Below, one piece after another: positions 28,027-40,722 of a stretch of 64,000 nucleotides of DNA. How positions within the stretch are numbered: position 1 is the first letter of the stretch; each line of letters begins with the position of its first letter. This stretch comes from Vulcanimicrobiota bacterium (GTDB taxonomy: Bacteria; Vulcanimicrobiota; Vulcanimicrobiia; Vulcanimicrobiales; Vulcanimicrobiaceae). A program made the translations under genes and the position numbers. Where the stretch lies: positions 320,001-384,000 of the forward strand of contig CAVZQC010000002.1 of NCBI GenBank assembly GCA_963777315.1, read 5' to 3'. The notes beneath the pieces are model-generated. The model searched no databases. It was not told the origin of the DNA and saw only the letters and a program-made list of their open reading frames with translations.

Positions 28027-29330
28027 TGATGTAAGCTCTCGATGTCCTTTTCGACGTCGCCGGTGAGGTCGATTCCGCCTCCGGCAGCCTCTATGCTCAT
28101 GAATACGACCTGTAATCCGCGCTTAGCGGCGACTTGCCCGGCATCGCGCTTGATTTGATCCACCATCTTGTTGTAGAGATCGTCCCGCTGGTGCTGCAGA
28201 TCGGCCAACTCTTTGCCGGCCGCCCCCACTGCGGCGCCGTCGGCACCATGGAGTGCGGCGTACTGTGCATCCAAATCCGCTTTGGTCTGCCGGTACTGAT
28301 CGACCGTTTTCTTCGCGTCGGCGGCGAACTGCGATTTGAACTGCTTGTCGATCTGCGCGAGTTTGTCGCGCGTGGCCGCCGGCAGGCCCGAAGGCACCGC
28401 TTGGGGCGTGAGGCCCTGCAGCTGCGAGGCGACTTGCTGCGAGACCTCGTTGCGGCGCTCGGTCAGCTTGGCTCGCGTTTGGGCGTGAATCTGCTGCGCG
28501 GCGGCGGACAGTTGGCTCTGCGTGCGGTCGCTCAAACGGCGCTGATAAGCTTGCAGCGTTTGCGCGTCGCTGCGGCGTTGCGCGGCCGCAGCGTCGGCCT
28601 CTTGCCGGTCGAGCGCTGCCAATCCGTCGCGGTACTGTTTGCGCTGCGCGTCGGAAAGCGCGAGATTATTGAGCTTCATGCGCAAGTCCAGCCGCTTGGC
28701 CGCGTCCTGCTGAGCCCGTTCCAAACTGAGTTGCGATTCGTGTTCCTGCAGTTGCGTGGCGCGCTGCCGGTAGGCTTGATCGGCGCGCGCGGCGAGCTGG
28801 CCGCGCAACTGAGATACTGCAGCGCTGTCCTGCCCGACGACGCTGCGCTGGTACGCCTGCATGTCCGCATTGGCCTGCGCGGAGACTTGCTGCGCCTGCT
28901 GCGCGGAAACTTGCTGCATCTGCGCGACGGATTGCGCTCCGTTCGTCCCGGCGCCTGCCGCAGCCAGCGCCGCACGGATTGCCGCCTGTTCGCGCTGGGA
29001 ATAGTCCTGTTGTTTTTGACGAAGGATCGCATTGGCGCGATCCTGCGCTTGCGTGAGCTCGCGGTTGAGCTCGCGCGTCTGCTGCACGATTTGGGCCTGC
29101 GTGTGCGTCACGGCCGTCGGTCCGAGCGACTTGAGCGAGAGGGCGTCGATCGCATTCTGCAGCTGCGACAGCTGTCCGTACAGCGGATGCGCTTTCACTA
29201 CCTCGTCGACGCGCACGTATCCGATGCCGCGAACGTTCGGATCGTCCGGGCGCGGCTGCTGCGCGCATCCCGCCGTCGCCAGCGCCGCAAGCACCACCGC
29301 CGCAGCCTTACTTGAGCGCATTTTGGACAT
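28023..29330 (-). CDS. Long coiled-coil OmpH/Skp-like lipoprotein
   Basis: ATAGC lipobox; IGYVRVDEVVKAHP; long Gln/Ala-rich coiled coil; GGIDLTGDV C-terminus. Confidence 0.75.
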   Translation of the reverse strand: MSKMRSSKAAAVVLAALATAGCAQQPRPDDPNVRGIGYVRVDEVVKAHPLYGQLSQLQNAIDALSLKSLGPTAVTHTQAQIVQQTRELNRELTQAQDRANAILRQKQQDYSQREQAAIRAALAAAGAGTNGAQSVAQMQQVSAQQAQQVSAQANADMQAYQRSVVGQDSAAVSQLRGQLAARADQAYRQRATQLQEHESQLSLERAQQDAAKRLDLRMKLNNLALSDAQRKQYRDGLAALDRQEADAAAAQRRSDAQTLQAYQRRLSDRTQSQLSAAAQQIHAQTRAKLTERRNEVSQQVASQLQGLTPQAVPSGLPAATRDKLAQIDKQFKSQFAADAKKTVDQYRQTKADLDAQYAALHGADGAAVGAAGKELADLQHQRDDLYNKMVDQIKRDAGQVAAKRGLQVVFMSIEAAGGGIDLTGDVEKDIESLHQ

Positions 29331-30114
29331 CCTGCGTGATGTCCGTGCCCCCGTAAATGACGTCCGACCGATCGACCACGAGGATCAAGTGCTTCTGCTG
29401 CGCCACCTTAGCCATTGCGGCTCGCGTCTGATCGACCAGCGGCTTGAGCGTCTTGTTTTGCTGCGCGGTGAGCGCTTTCTGATAATTCTGAAAGATCGCT
29501 TGCTGCTGCGTGGGGTTGTTCTTGGCCGACTGCATCTGCTTGAGCGCTTGCGATCGCTGCTGGTTTGCGTACTTGAGAAAATCGTCGTTGGCACTCTTGA
29601 TCTTCGGTACCTGATCGATTTGGCTTTGATCCACGAATCCTACGTCGGCGGGAGGAGGCGTGGCCACCGGGGCAACGACCGGGCCGGGGCCGTTGACCAA
29701 ATCGATGACGTTCTTGGTGATGTCCGTTCCTCCGTACACCACGATGCGCTTGTCGACGATTACGCCCAAATGTTGGTTGGAGCTGACTTGCGCGATTGCA
29801 GCTTGCGCGCGGCCGAACAGCGGTCCGAGCAGTTCGCGCTGCTTGTCCAAAAAGCGCTGCTGAAACTGGCCCGCAATGCGCTGGCGATCGGCATCGTTGT
29901 GCGCGCCTCTCATGGCCGAAGCGAACTGTCCGTCGAGCTGCACCTTGTACCGTGCAACCTGCGAATTGGCTCGCGCAAACTGGGGCAACGCGCCGATGGC
30001 TGCTTGATCGACGTAGCCCACGTCGGTCAGGTCCGCGGCAAGCGCGATCGGGGCCGCCATGAACGCCGCGATCGCCGCGGCCGCCAGAAACGGTGTGATC
30101 TTACGAATCTTCAT
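29308..30114 (-). CDS. skp: Tandem-domain OmpH/Skp chaperone
   Basis: Sec signal; two repeats each with DVG(Y/F)VDQ...YGGTDIT; immediately after bamA. Confidence 0.85.
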   Translation of the reverse strand: MKIRKITPFLAAAAIAAFMAAPIALAADLTDVGYVDQAAIGALPQFARANSQVARYKVQLDGQFASAMRGAHNDADRQRIAGQFQQRFLDKQRELLGPLFGRAQAAIAQVSSNQHLGVIVDKRIVVYGGTDITKNVIDLVNGPGPVVAPVATPPPADVGFVDQSQIDQVPKIKSANDDFLKYANQQRSQALKQMQSAKNNPTQQQAIFQNYQKALTAQQNKTLKPLVDQTRAAMAKVAQQKHLILVVDRSDVIYGGTDITQDVQNALK

Positions 30115-30136
30115 CGATCTTTCCAACGACTGTAGA

Positions 30137-32425
30137 TTAAAAACTCTGTCCGATGCCGAAGCTGGTGTGCGTGCCGGTGGAACCGCGCGCAAAGTCGATC
30201 CGGATCGTGTGCAGTCCGAGCTGCGGCACGTCGAAACGCAAGCCGAAGCCGTAGTCGCCGCGCCAGGCCCAATCCGCCGGGAAGCCGATGATGCGATTGG
30301 TGTAGGGGTCGAGAAGCGGCTGAGCGCCGCGCACGCGGAACCCGCCTTCGTCCACGAACAGGGCGACGCCGAACTTGCGGTCCGCGGTCAACGGCTTTCG
30401 CAGTTCGATTTGACCCAGCGCCGTATCGGTGCCGTAGAAGACCGAGTCGTATCCGCGCAGCTGCTGGTCGGAGAACGTGAACAGGTTGCTGGGCGGAATC
30501 GCGCCGGTGGACCCGCGCACCTGACCGTGGAACGCCAGCGTGGAATCTTTGAGCACCGGCAAAAACTTGGCCGCGTCGATGCTGGTTTGGGTGAAGCGGA
30601 AGTTCGATCCGAAACCGGGGGCCGAGAGCGTTTCGGATACCGATGCGGTCTGCCCGCGCCGCGGATTGAAGATGTCGTCGAGCGTTGCCGCCGGATTGGT
30701 TGAAACGCCGAACGTCACGGTGTTGAGCGTATACGGCTGACCCGTGTTGATGTTCGCAATCGAGCTCGCGACGATGCCGAAGCTGCCGGTGTTGTTGGTC
30801 AGATTGCTGAACGGTCCGGGCGAGGGTGCGATGACGATGTTCGGCTGAGTCGTTTGAAAGTAATACGGCGAAGGCACCGTGGTACTGTTGGTCACGCGCT
30901 GCGCTCCCACGCCGACCGATGCGGTTACGAAATCCGTCAAGCGGCGCCCCAGCTGCAAGCTGACGCCCTGCGATTTGGCCGTGCTGGTGGAGACGATGCC
31001 CGAAACCAGCTGCGCGTTACCGCTGGGCAGCAGGGTGACGGGAATCGGGACCGCGTTCTGACCGGGCGCGGGCGAAGGTAATGCGCTCGAGCCCAGCGCC
31101 GTCGAATACACCGGATAGAAGTACGTGTAGCCGTTGGCGAATACCGTCGCGCCGATGCTGTACTTTTGCGACTGCGGCGTGTTGCCGAAGTACGGAATGG
31201 TGATTTGCGCCTGCGTGACGTAGCTGCGCGAACCGCGCTCGAACTGCACCGATACGCCGTTGCCCGTGCCGTGCAGGTTGGTGTCCGAGTAGCCGATGGT
31301 GCCGTACAAGCCTTGCCCCGTCAGACCGCCCGAGTATCCCGCTCCGACCGAAGCCGCCGCGGTTTTCTGCTCGGTGACGATCCAGTCCAGCACCACGCAG
31401 CCCGGATCTTTCTTGGTCATCGCTTCGGGGCAAGGCTTGGGGTTCACGTCGACCTTGGAGAAAAAGCCGGTATTGTTGAGCCGCTCGATATCGCGCTGCA
31501 CGCCGTTTTTGCTCAGGATCATCCCGGGCCGTTCGTACAGCTCGCGGCGGATCACCTGATCTTTGGTCTTGGTGTTGCCGGTGATCTGCACCAATCCTAC
31601 GCGCGCGACGTAGACGTCGTACTTGACCTTGGCCGTACCGGTCTTTTCATCGATGGTCGCGGGATCGATGCCGCCTTCGAAATCGCCCACCAGCAGGTTG
31701 TATTTGTCGTACAGCTTCTGCACCGCCTGGGCGTCCTGCTGGCGCGTTTGGTCGGAATAGACTTGGCCGATTTTTGCCGTGAGCGCCGGCAGAAGCACCG
31801 TCGGCGGCAGAATCGGATCGCCGCCGATCTCGATGCCCGAGATCGTCAGACCTTCCTGGATGTCGATCGTCAGCGCGCCGGTTTTCGAATCGATTCCCAA
31901 GTTCTTGACGTGCGAAGGAATCTGACCGCCGTAGCCGATCCGGTCGTAATACGAATTGATCTTCAGAAAGTCTTGACGCAAGGTGTTGGTGTTGAGCACC
32001 TGGCCGACCGACGTGTCCATCAGTGCGAGCAGCGTGTCCGCCGGCACGTGCGCGTTGCCCGCAAACGCGATCTTCGTGATGACCGGATTCTCGATGACGC
32101 GATAGGTGATCGCCACGCCGCCGGGACGCTGGCGAATCAGCGGCGCGGCTTGATCGGCAAAGTAGCCAAGCGCAAAGATCCGCTGGAGATCGGCCTGCAC
32201 GACTTTGGGATCGTACGGTTCTCCCGGCCGCGCCTGGATGACCGCCAAGATCGTTTGCGTCGGAACGTGCACGTTGCCCGAAACGTCGACCGAAACGATT
32301 TTGGGAGCGGTTGCCGCAGCGCCGTTGACCGGCATGATCAGCATCATGACGGAAGCAAGTGCGAGCATCAGGCCCACACACCGGTGGAGCGCGCCGCGCG
32401 CACGCCAGAGGCTTGAGGTCATCAA
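30137..32425 (-). CDS. bamA: Omp85/BamA outer membrane protein assembly factor
   Basis: About 4 POTRA repeats (last: ITGNTKTKDQVIRRE), NLHGTG, LRGYD loop-6 motif, terminal FGIGQSF. Confidence 0.95.
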   Translation of the reverse strand: MMTSSLWRARGALHRCVGLMLALASVMMLIMPVNGAAATAPKIVSVDVSGNVHVPTQTILAVIQARPGEPYDPKVVQADLQRIFALGYFADQAAPLIRQRPGGVAITYRVIENPVITKIAFAGNAHVPADTLLALMDTSVGQVLNTNTLRQDFLKINSYYDRIGYGGQIPSHVKNLGIDSKTGALTIDIQEGLTISGIEIGGDPILPPTVLLPALTAKIGQVYSDQTRQQDAQAVQKLYDKYNLLVGDFEGGIDPATIDEKTGTAKVKYDVYVARVGLVQITGNTKTKDQVIRRELYERPGMILSKNGVQRDIERLNNTGFFSKVDVNPKPCPEAMTKKDPGCVVLDWIVTEQKTAAASVGAGYSGGLTGQGLYGTIGYSDTNLHGTGNGVSVQFERGSRSYVTQAQITIPYFGNTPQSQKYSIGATVFANGYTYFYPVYSTALGSSALPSPAPGQNAVPIPVTLLPSGNAQLVSGIVSTSTAKSQGVSLQLGRRLTDFVTASVGVGAQRVTNSTTVPSPYYFQTTQPNIVIAPSPGPFSNLTNNTGSFGIVASSIANINTGQPYTLNTVTFGVSTNPAATLDDIFNPRRGQTASVSETLSAPGFGSNFRFTQTSIDAAKFLPVLKDSTLAFHGQVRGSTGAIPPSNLFTFSDQQLRGYDSVFYGTDTALGQIELRKPLTADRKFGVALFVDEGGFRVRGAQPLLDPYTNRIIGFPADWAWRGDYGFGLRFDVPQLGLHTIRIDFARGSTGTHTSFGIGQSF

Positions 32426-32477
32426 AAATCTTTCCCTATGAGAGTTCGATGGTCCAACGCTCGTGGCGTTAGCTCTG

Positions 32478-32505
32478 TAACGCGCCCGGAACGCGCGCCG
32501 TTTCG
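32478..32505 (-). promoter_or_regulatory. Candidate ECF-sigma promoter upstream of bamA
   Basis: Minus strand cGAAAC-N17-CGTTA about 50 nt upstream of the bamA start; overlaps palindrome GCGTTA-N6-TAACGC. Confidence 0.3.
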
Positions 32506-32554
32506 ACCCGCACCGCCTGTTCGCGAGCGCGCTTCAAGACCCTTGCCCCGCATG

Positions 32555-32654
32555 AGGGAACCTCTGAAAAAGTCCCACGCGGCCATCGCCATATCGCTTT
32601 TCGTCCAAAAATCGCCACGACGCTGCACCACGGGGACTTCTTCAGAGATTCCCT
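32555..32654. mobile_element. 100-bp MITE-like element with 22-bp terminal inverted repeats
   Basis: AGGGAACCTCTGAAAAAGTCCC (32555-32576) vs reverse complement of 32633-32654, AGGGAATCTCTGAAGAAGTCCC (20/22 match); non-coding interior. Confidence 0.6.
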
Positions 32655-35600
32655 AGAAGAGCCGCTGAAACAGGAACGTGAACCCGTTCTGCCCCGTCGG
32701 CGCCTGCCCCGCGCTGGCCCGCGGATTGGTGGACAGCGTTTGGTTGGGCGCGAGAAACAGCGGCGTCTGACCCTGCTGCACGAACATCGCGAACTGCGCG
32801 GAGGTGAAAGGGTTGGGCTGGTAGGCGAAACCGAACGTCTGACGCACCGGCACGGTGAACGTCGTTCCATACAGCGCGTAGAAGTTGTTGCCGAGCAAGC
32901 GGCGTAGGCTCACGCCGAAGCTGCCGGTATAGTCCACGGTCAAGTTGACGTCCGAAAGCCCCAGCGTGCTGCTGAGCGCGGATTCCACGGGAGCCAGGAT
33001 GCCGCTCGTGAACTGGGCGTTCAGGATATTGAACGCTTCCTGGCCGATCGTTATCGTGCCGTTTTCCCGGCGCACCAGGATGCTGGGCAAAACGGCGCCC
33101 GTGCCCGGCGCCGGCGCACCGGCGAGGTCGCCCGCCGGCAGGATGACCCCGGTGTCGGTGAACTGGATGGGCCCCACCAAACCGCCCAGCGGCAGCAGCA
33201 GCGCGATGATCTGCTGATCGGTATAGCCCGGCGGGTTCGATTCAAAGGCGATTTTGGGGCTGGTCACCGGTCCGGAAACCGTCACGGTGATGTCCGCCGT
33301 ACCGGTGGGATTGCGGGCAGTGTTGGGATCGGGATTGGTAACGTGCGTGACGCCGACGGCGTAAACGTCGGGAATGATGCCCCCGGCGGGATTGAACGTG
33401 ACGTGTCCGGTCTGGACTTTGAACGCGTGATCGAAATACGTGAGCGTGCCGCCCTGCGAACTGAACTCCCCCGCCAGCGTGGGATGCACGAGCGTGCCCG
33501 AAAGCCGGGCGCTGCCCTGCGCCGAGATGTCCAACCCGAATATGCCCGCGCCGCCGCCGCGTACGCGCACGTTCCGGCCTGCCGTGATGCCCAGATCGAA
33601 CGCCAAATTGAACGGCGGCGCCGCAGGCGCCGCTGCCGATCCGCCGCCGAATTTCAAGAATGCGGCAAACGGAATTGCGGCGTCGGTGATCTTGGCGTTC
33701 CCCTCGAGCGTAGCGATCCTTCCGCGTGCCCGCCGGAGCTGCAGATTCGAATCGAACGTTCCCGAGCCGAACTGCGGCATGCTCAACTGCGCGCCGCGCG
33801 CGACGATCGCGACGCCATAACCCAGCGGCCCGCCGTGCAGGCCGCCGCCGAAATTGAGCGATCCCGATCCGTCCAAGGTGCCGCGCCCGAGCTGCGCGTG
33901 CACCCGATCGAGCGTCGCATGCGAACCTTCGAACGTGATTCGCGCGACGGTCTGCGTTATCGGCGTCGTTTCCAGCGCGCTCACGTAGCGAATGCCGTCG
34001 GCGGACAACTGACCGAAGATCTGCGGGTCGCCCACTGTGCCCGAAATGCCGACATGGCCGTCCAGCGAACCGGCAAGTTTTGTGCCCGGTCCCAAAAACG
34101 GCGCAAACGCCGACAGGTCGACGCGCTCGGCGGCGACGTCCATTGCAATCGCAGCAGCCGGCGGCCCGAACCCGAAAGGCTGCAGTTGCAGCGGCAGCGA
34201 TCCGGCCAGAGTCGCACGTCCGCTGGCAAAGGTGAACTCGGCGTTGCGCACGACCAAATCGCGCCGGTGCAGCTGCAACTGGCCCACGAACGAGGGAATG
34301 CGCACCCCGAACGCATCGACGTCGGACGCATCGACTCCGGCGGCGAACGTGGGAGCCTTGAACGTGCCGCCAATCGACATCGTCGACTCGATCCGGCCGC
34401 TCAGATCGAGTCGTTTTTTGGAAACCTGCGCGACCAAGCGGGGCAGATCGTCCGTCGTCGCGTGAATCTGCAGAGCCAACGGGGCCGCGGGCCGCAGGCC
34501 GAAGCTGCCGCTACCCGTTGCCTGCAGCGCCGGGAGCGCGAATACCAGCCGCGTGATGCCGATGCGATCGCCGGGTTCGGTGCGCAGCGACACCTGCGCG
34601 GTACGGATCGGTAGCGGACCGATCGTACCGTTGACGATCGCGGCGTTGCCTGCAAGGCCCAAGTGCGGATACGCACCGCGAATGCGGGCGTCGCCGTCAA
34701 CGCGTCCGGTCAGCGGAATTTGCGGAAAGCCCAATGCCGGCAGCCACGTCGTCAGATCGAAATCGTTCAGCGATGCGTTGATGTCGTAACGCGAGCGCGT
34801 GACGACTCGCGCGACGTTCGTGCTCTGCGCGAAGCCGATGCTTCCGGCCGCGCGCAGACGGCCGTGATCGCCGCCGATCGCGATCGTTCCGGTGGCGACG
34901 TTGCGCAGGCTACTCCAACGGGCATCCGTGTCGCCGATGGGAAAACGCCGGTATCGCAAGCCGGCGATGTCGACGTCGCCCGACGTGACGAGGACCGTGC
35001 CGGCATGCGAGAACGTCAGCGCCACGGATCCTTTGCCCGCCAACGTGTCACCCGTATCGAAGTAATCGTTGAAGTCCGACAAGTCGGCCCTGGGCGCGCG
35101 CATTGCGAACGTGAGCCGGTGCTTGTCGACTCCGGCCGAGAACTGCACTGCCGTGCTTCCGATCGTCACGCTCGCGTCGCGCGCCGATGCGCCGGCGCGT
35201 CCGGCGGCAACCCGAGCGTAGGCGTCGCGAAACCCCAGTCCATTGATTTGGCCGACCGGCACGTCGACCGCCGCGTTTACGCGCGGGTTGGTGCCGCTGC
35301 CCGAGATGCGCATGCTGCCCGCAAAGCTGCCGCCGGCGGCGTATGCCGGAACGTGCGCCAACGCTGCCACCGCATCGATACTGCCGACCGGAACGCGCGC
35401 GTTCACGCCATACACCGGCACGCCTCCCGTCAGATTGCCGATGCTGCCATCGACGGTTGCAAAGGTCGAGCCCAGTGAAGCAACGGCGTCGCGCACGTGC
35501 AGCGCGTCGCCGGCAATCGACACTTCCGCGCTTGCGGCGAACGGCCCGTACCCCTCAGCGCGTCCGTGCGTAAGCACGACGCCGGCATCCACGTCGGGAA

Positions 35601-37908
35601 TGGCGCCTCCCGGGGATATCGCGCCAATCGCGCGCAGCGCACCGCTGCCGATCGGCACGCCCAAACCGGCAAGCACGCCCGCGTCCAGCTGCGTGGTCGC
35701 CAGCGCCATGCGGGTGCGCGTCTTGGTCGGAGCGGTCGCAAACGTGCCGGCGGCAACGATCCGTCCGCCCGCGGCGCGCGCCTGAGCCGAGTAAACGCGT
35801 AAAATGCCGTCGTCGAACGACATGGATCCGGACATGGACGAAATCGGGATGCCGTGAATCGTGGCGTCGCTCAATTGCGCATGTTGAGCCTGCACGTAGA
35901 TTTTGCCTTGCGCGATCGCAATGGCCATCGGACCGCGTATCCCGCCGTGCGCGGGGAAATTGCCCAGGAACTGATGCAGGCCTTGCAGCGTGCCCGTATA
36001 GTTGCCGCGCGCAACGATGAGGTTGGGTGCGAACGTTCCGCCGCCGTCGAACGTGCCCCACGGACCGTCGGCATGCACGCTGCTGATTTCGGATGCGGCA
36101 AACGGCCCGGCAAAGCGCGCCGCAATCGCGTCGAACGGCACGCCGGCGATCGTCGCGGGCGCCATGTACGCCGTTCCTCCGATCACGACGTTGTGCGCAG
36201 AACCGGTTCCGGCGAGATTTGCTTCCATGACGTGCGCGTCGATCGGCGGGAGCAGCGGAATGGTAACGCCCGGCAGCCCCACAGGCACGGGCTGATGCAA
36301 GTGCATGCCGCGCACCGACGCCCAAAATGCGCTCCCGCCGGTCGGCCTGTCCAGCGAAAATCCCGCCACCAAGCTGCCGCCGCCGCGAGCCGAAATTCCG
36401 ATGGGGCCGAACGTTCCCACGCCGTACCGGTCGAGGTCGTAGAAACCGCTCACATTGCGCGCATCGATCAGCGAGACGATGTAGCCGCGCGCGTCGACCT
36501 TGAGATCGGTGCCGTGCAGGAGCGCTTCAGTGGCGATGGGCTGATCGTCGACGAGCGCGCTCAAGTACGGCAAGCGCGAGGACGATCCGACTGCGTGCAG
36601 AGTCAGTACGCTGGTCACCTGCTTGCCCAAATGCAGATTTCCATGCACGTGAAGCGCCATGCCGCTGTATGCGGCGTGAAACGGCAACACGATGAGGTCG
36701 TCCTTGTACAGCGCGACGGTTCCCCGCGGATCGTCGATGGGCACCGCACCGTAATTGAACCGCTTGCCGTCGAAGCCGATCAGCAGCACGGGCGCGGCTA
36801 TTCCGCCTTCAATCAGGGCATGAATGCGCAGGCCGCCGTGAATCGGCAAACCGGCGGCAACGCGCAGAACGTCTTTGAGATTGCGCAGATCGCCGCGGCC
36901 TTCGACGCCCAAACGGAATTGCGGCGAACGAAAATCGAAGATGCCGCCGGCGCACACGATGGGAATGTGCCCCACGACGGCGGTCAAACGTTTGGACGCA
37001 AATCCCGAATCGAAAATGGAGATGTTTCCGCGCAGGCGTTCGATCGGCGAATCCAGACTGCGCACGATGATTTGCCCACCCGAAAGATAGCCGCTGCCCG
37101 AATAGTGGTAGTCCGCCGGCGGAGAAACCGGCTGCGCGGGGCTGCTCGCGGGACTGAACGCCCACGCCCGCAGGTCCATGTTGCGCACGGTTCCGCCGAG
37201 CACGCGCGCTGCGGGCGAGTTGATGAAATAATTCGCTATCGTTGCAATTGGAATGGCGCGTACCGTCACGTGATGCAGCGCGTATCCTTGCGCGTAGTCG
37301 ATGGTTCCGGCCATGCGAAACGGCTGCGGACCAGCGCTCTCCAGGCGGCCGGTGGCCAAATATTTGGTGGCCCTGGAGGTGTCGACGGCAACGTCGGCGT
37401 TGACGGCGTCGACGGCCTGGCGGCGGCTTTCCTTGTAAAAGCGGTAGTTGTCGATCAGCGTTATGGCGGCGTCGCGTACGCGGACGGTAAAATCGAGCGG
37501 CACGGGATTGGCGCCTGCGCGCGCGCGCGTGCCGGTGCCGATCGCCTTGGGAACGGCGATGTTGTACGTGCCGTTTTGGTTGTGAACGATCGTGATCTGC
37601 GGACGGTCGATAGTGATGCCGAGCAAACCGAAACGATGCCTGCTTCCCGGCAGCAGTTCGCGCGGATCGTAATATAGGTCGATGCGCTTTGCCCGCAGCA
37701 CCGGCTGCCCAGCGCGCGTCACCCGCACGTCGACCAGCGCGCCATGGCGTTTACCCAACCGGAGATCGCCTACGCGCAGACTGTAGCCGGTGCTCGCGCG
37801 GACGATTCCCGAAAGCGCAAAGCGCGCCGCACCATTGTGATACACTGCCGCGAGCACGACCGCGATGACTATCAGCGCCGCGAGCGCCGCGCCCAGGGCC
37901 TTGCGCAA
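32653..37908 (-). CDS. tamB: Translocation/assembly module TamB (AsmA-like) protein
   Basis: 1751 aa, N-terminal TM anchor, long Gly-rich beta repeats, DUF490-like C-terminus (FESNPPGYTDQQIIALLL), upstream of bamA. Confidence 0.9.
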   Translation of the reverse strand: MRKALGAALAALIVIAVVLAAVYHNGAARFALSGIVRASTGYSLRVGDLRLGKRHGALVDVRVTRAGQPVLRAKRIDLYYDPRELLPGSRHRFGLLGITIDRPQITIVHNQNGTYNIAVPKAIGTGTRARAGANPVPLDFTVRVRDAAITLIDNYRFYKESRRQAVDAVNADVAVDTSRATKYLATGRLESAGPQPFRMAGTIDYAQGYALHHVTVRAIPIATIANYFINSPAARVLGGTVRNMDLRAWAFSPASSPAQPVSPPADYHYSGSGYLSGGQIIVRSLDSPIERLRGNISIFDSGFASKRLTAVVGHIPIVCAGGIFDFRSPQFRLGVEGRGDLRNLKDVLRVAAGLPIHGGLRIHALIEGGIAAPVLLIGFDGKRFNYGAVPIDDPRGTVALYKDDLIVLPFHAAYSGMALHVHGNLHLGKQVTSVLTLHAVGSSSRLPYLSALVDDQPIATEALLHGTDLKVDARGYIVSLIDARNVSGFYDLDRYGVGTFGPIGISARGGGSLVAGFSLDRPTGGSAFWASVRGMHLHQPVPVGLPGVTIPLLPPIDAHVMEANLAGTGSAHNVVIGGTAYMAPATIAGVPFDAIAARFAGPFAASEISSVHADGPWGTFDGGGTFAPNLIVARGNYTGTLQGLHQFLGNFPAHGGIRGPMAIAIAQGKIYVQAQHAQLSDATIHGIPISSMSGSMSFDDGILRVYSAQARAAGGRIVAAGTFATAPTKTRTRMALATTQLDAGVLAGLGVPIGSGALRAIGAISPGGAIPDVDAGVVLTHGRAEGYGPFAASAEVSIAGDALHVRDAVASLGSTFATVDGSIGNLTGGVPVYGVNARVPVGSIDAVAALAHVPAYAAGGSFAGSMRISGSGTNPRVNAAVDVPVGQINGLGFRDAYARVAAGRAGASARDASVTIGSTAVQFSAGVDKHRLTFAMRAPRADLSDFNDYFDTGDTLAGKGSVALTFSHAGTVLVTSGDVDIAGLRYRRFPIGDTDARWSSLRNVATGTIAIGGDHGRLRAAGSIGFAQSTNVARVVTRSRYDINASLNDFDLTTWLPALGFPQIPLTGRVDGDARIRGAYPHLGLAGNAAIVNGTIGPLPIRTAQVSLRTEPGDRIGITRLVFALPALQATGSGSFGLRPAAPLALQIHATTDDLPRLVAQVSKKRLDLSGRIESTMSIGGTFKAPTFAAGVDASDVDAFGVRIPSFVGQLQLHRRDLVVRNAEFTFASGRATLAGSLPLQLQPFGFGPPAAAIAMDVAAERVDLSAFAPFLGPGTKLAGSLDGHVGISGTVGDPQIFGQLSADGIRYVSALETTPITQTVARITFEGSHATLDRVHAQLGRGTLDGSGSLNFGGGLHGGPLGYGVAIVARGAQLSMPQFGSGTFDSNLQLRRARGRIATLEGNAKITDAAIPFAAFLKFGGGSAAAPAAPPFNLAFDLGITAGRNVRVRGGGAGIFGLDISAQGSARLSGTLVHPTLAGEFSSQGGTLTYFDHAFKVQTGHVTFNPAGGIIPDVYAVGVTHVTNPDPNTARNPTGTADITVTVSGPVTSPKIAFESNPPGYTDQQIIALLLPLGGLVGPIQFTDTGVILPAGDLAGAPAPGTGAVLPSILVRRENGTITIGQEAFNILNAQFTSGILAPVESALSSTLGLSDVNLTVDYTGSFGVSLRRLLGNNFYALYGTTFTVPVRQTFGFAYQPNPFTSAQFAMFVQQGQTPLFLAPNQTLSTNPRASAGQAPTGQNGFTFLFQRLF

Positions 37909-37993
37909 TCCGTCCCTCCGCCGGGGTTTATACCACCAACGCGGCGCTGAAGCCCGCCGTTCCGGCGGCTAATGCGGCTTTTTCACAGACCCG

Positions 37994-40718
<2,725 letters not shown>

Positions 40719-40722
<4 letters not shown>

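Noticed and set aside
37951..37983. Hairpin AGCCCGCCG-TTC-CGGCGGCT between gyrB and tamB as an intrinsic terminator
   Set aside because: No U-tract follows on the transcribed (minus) strand, so termination cannot be supported
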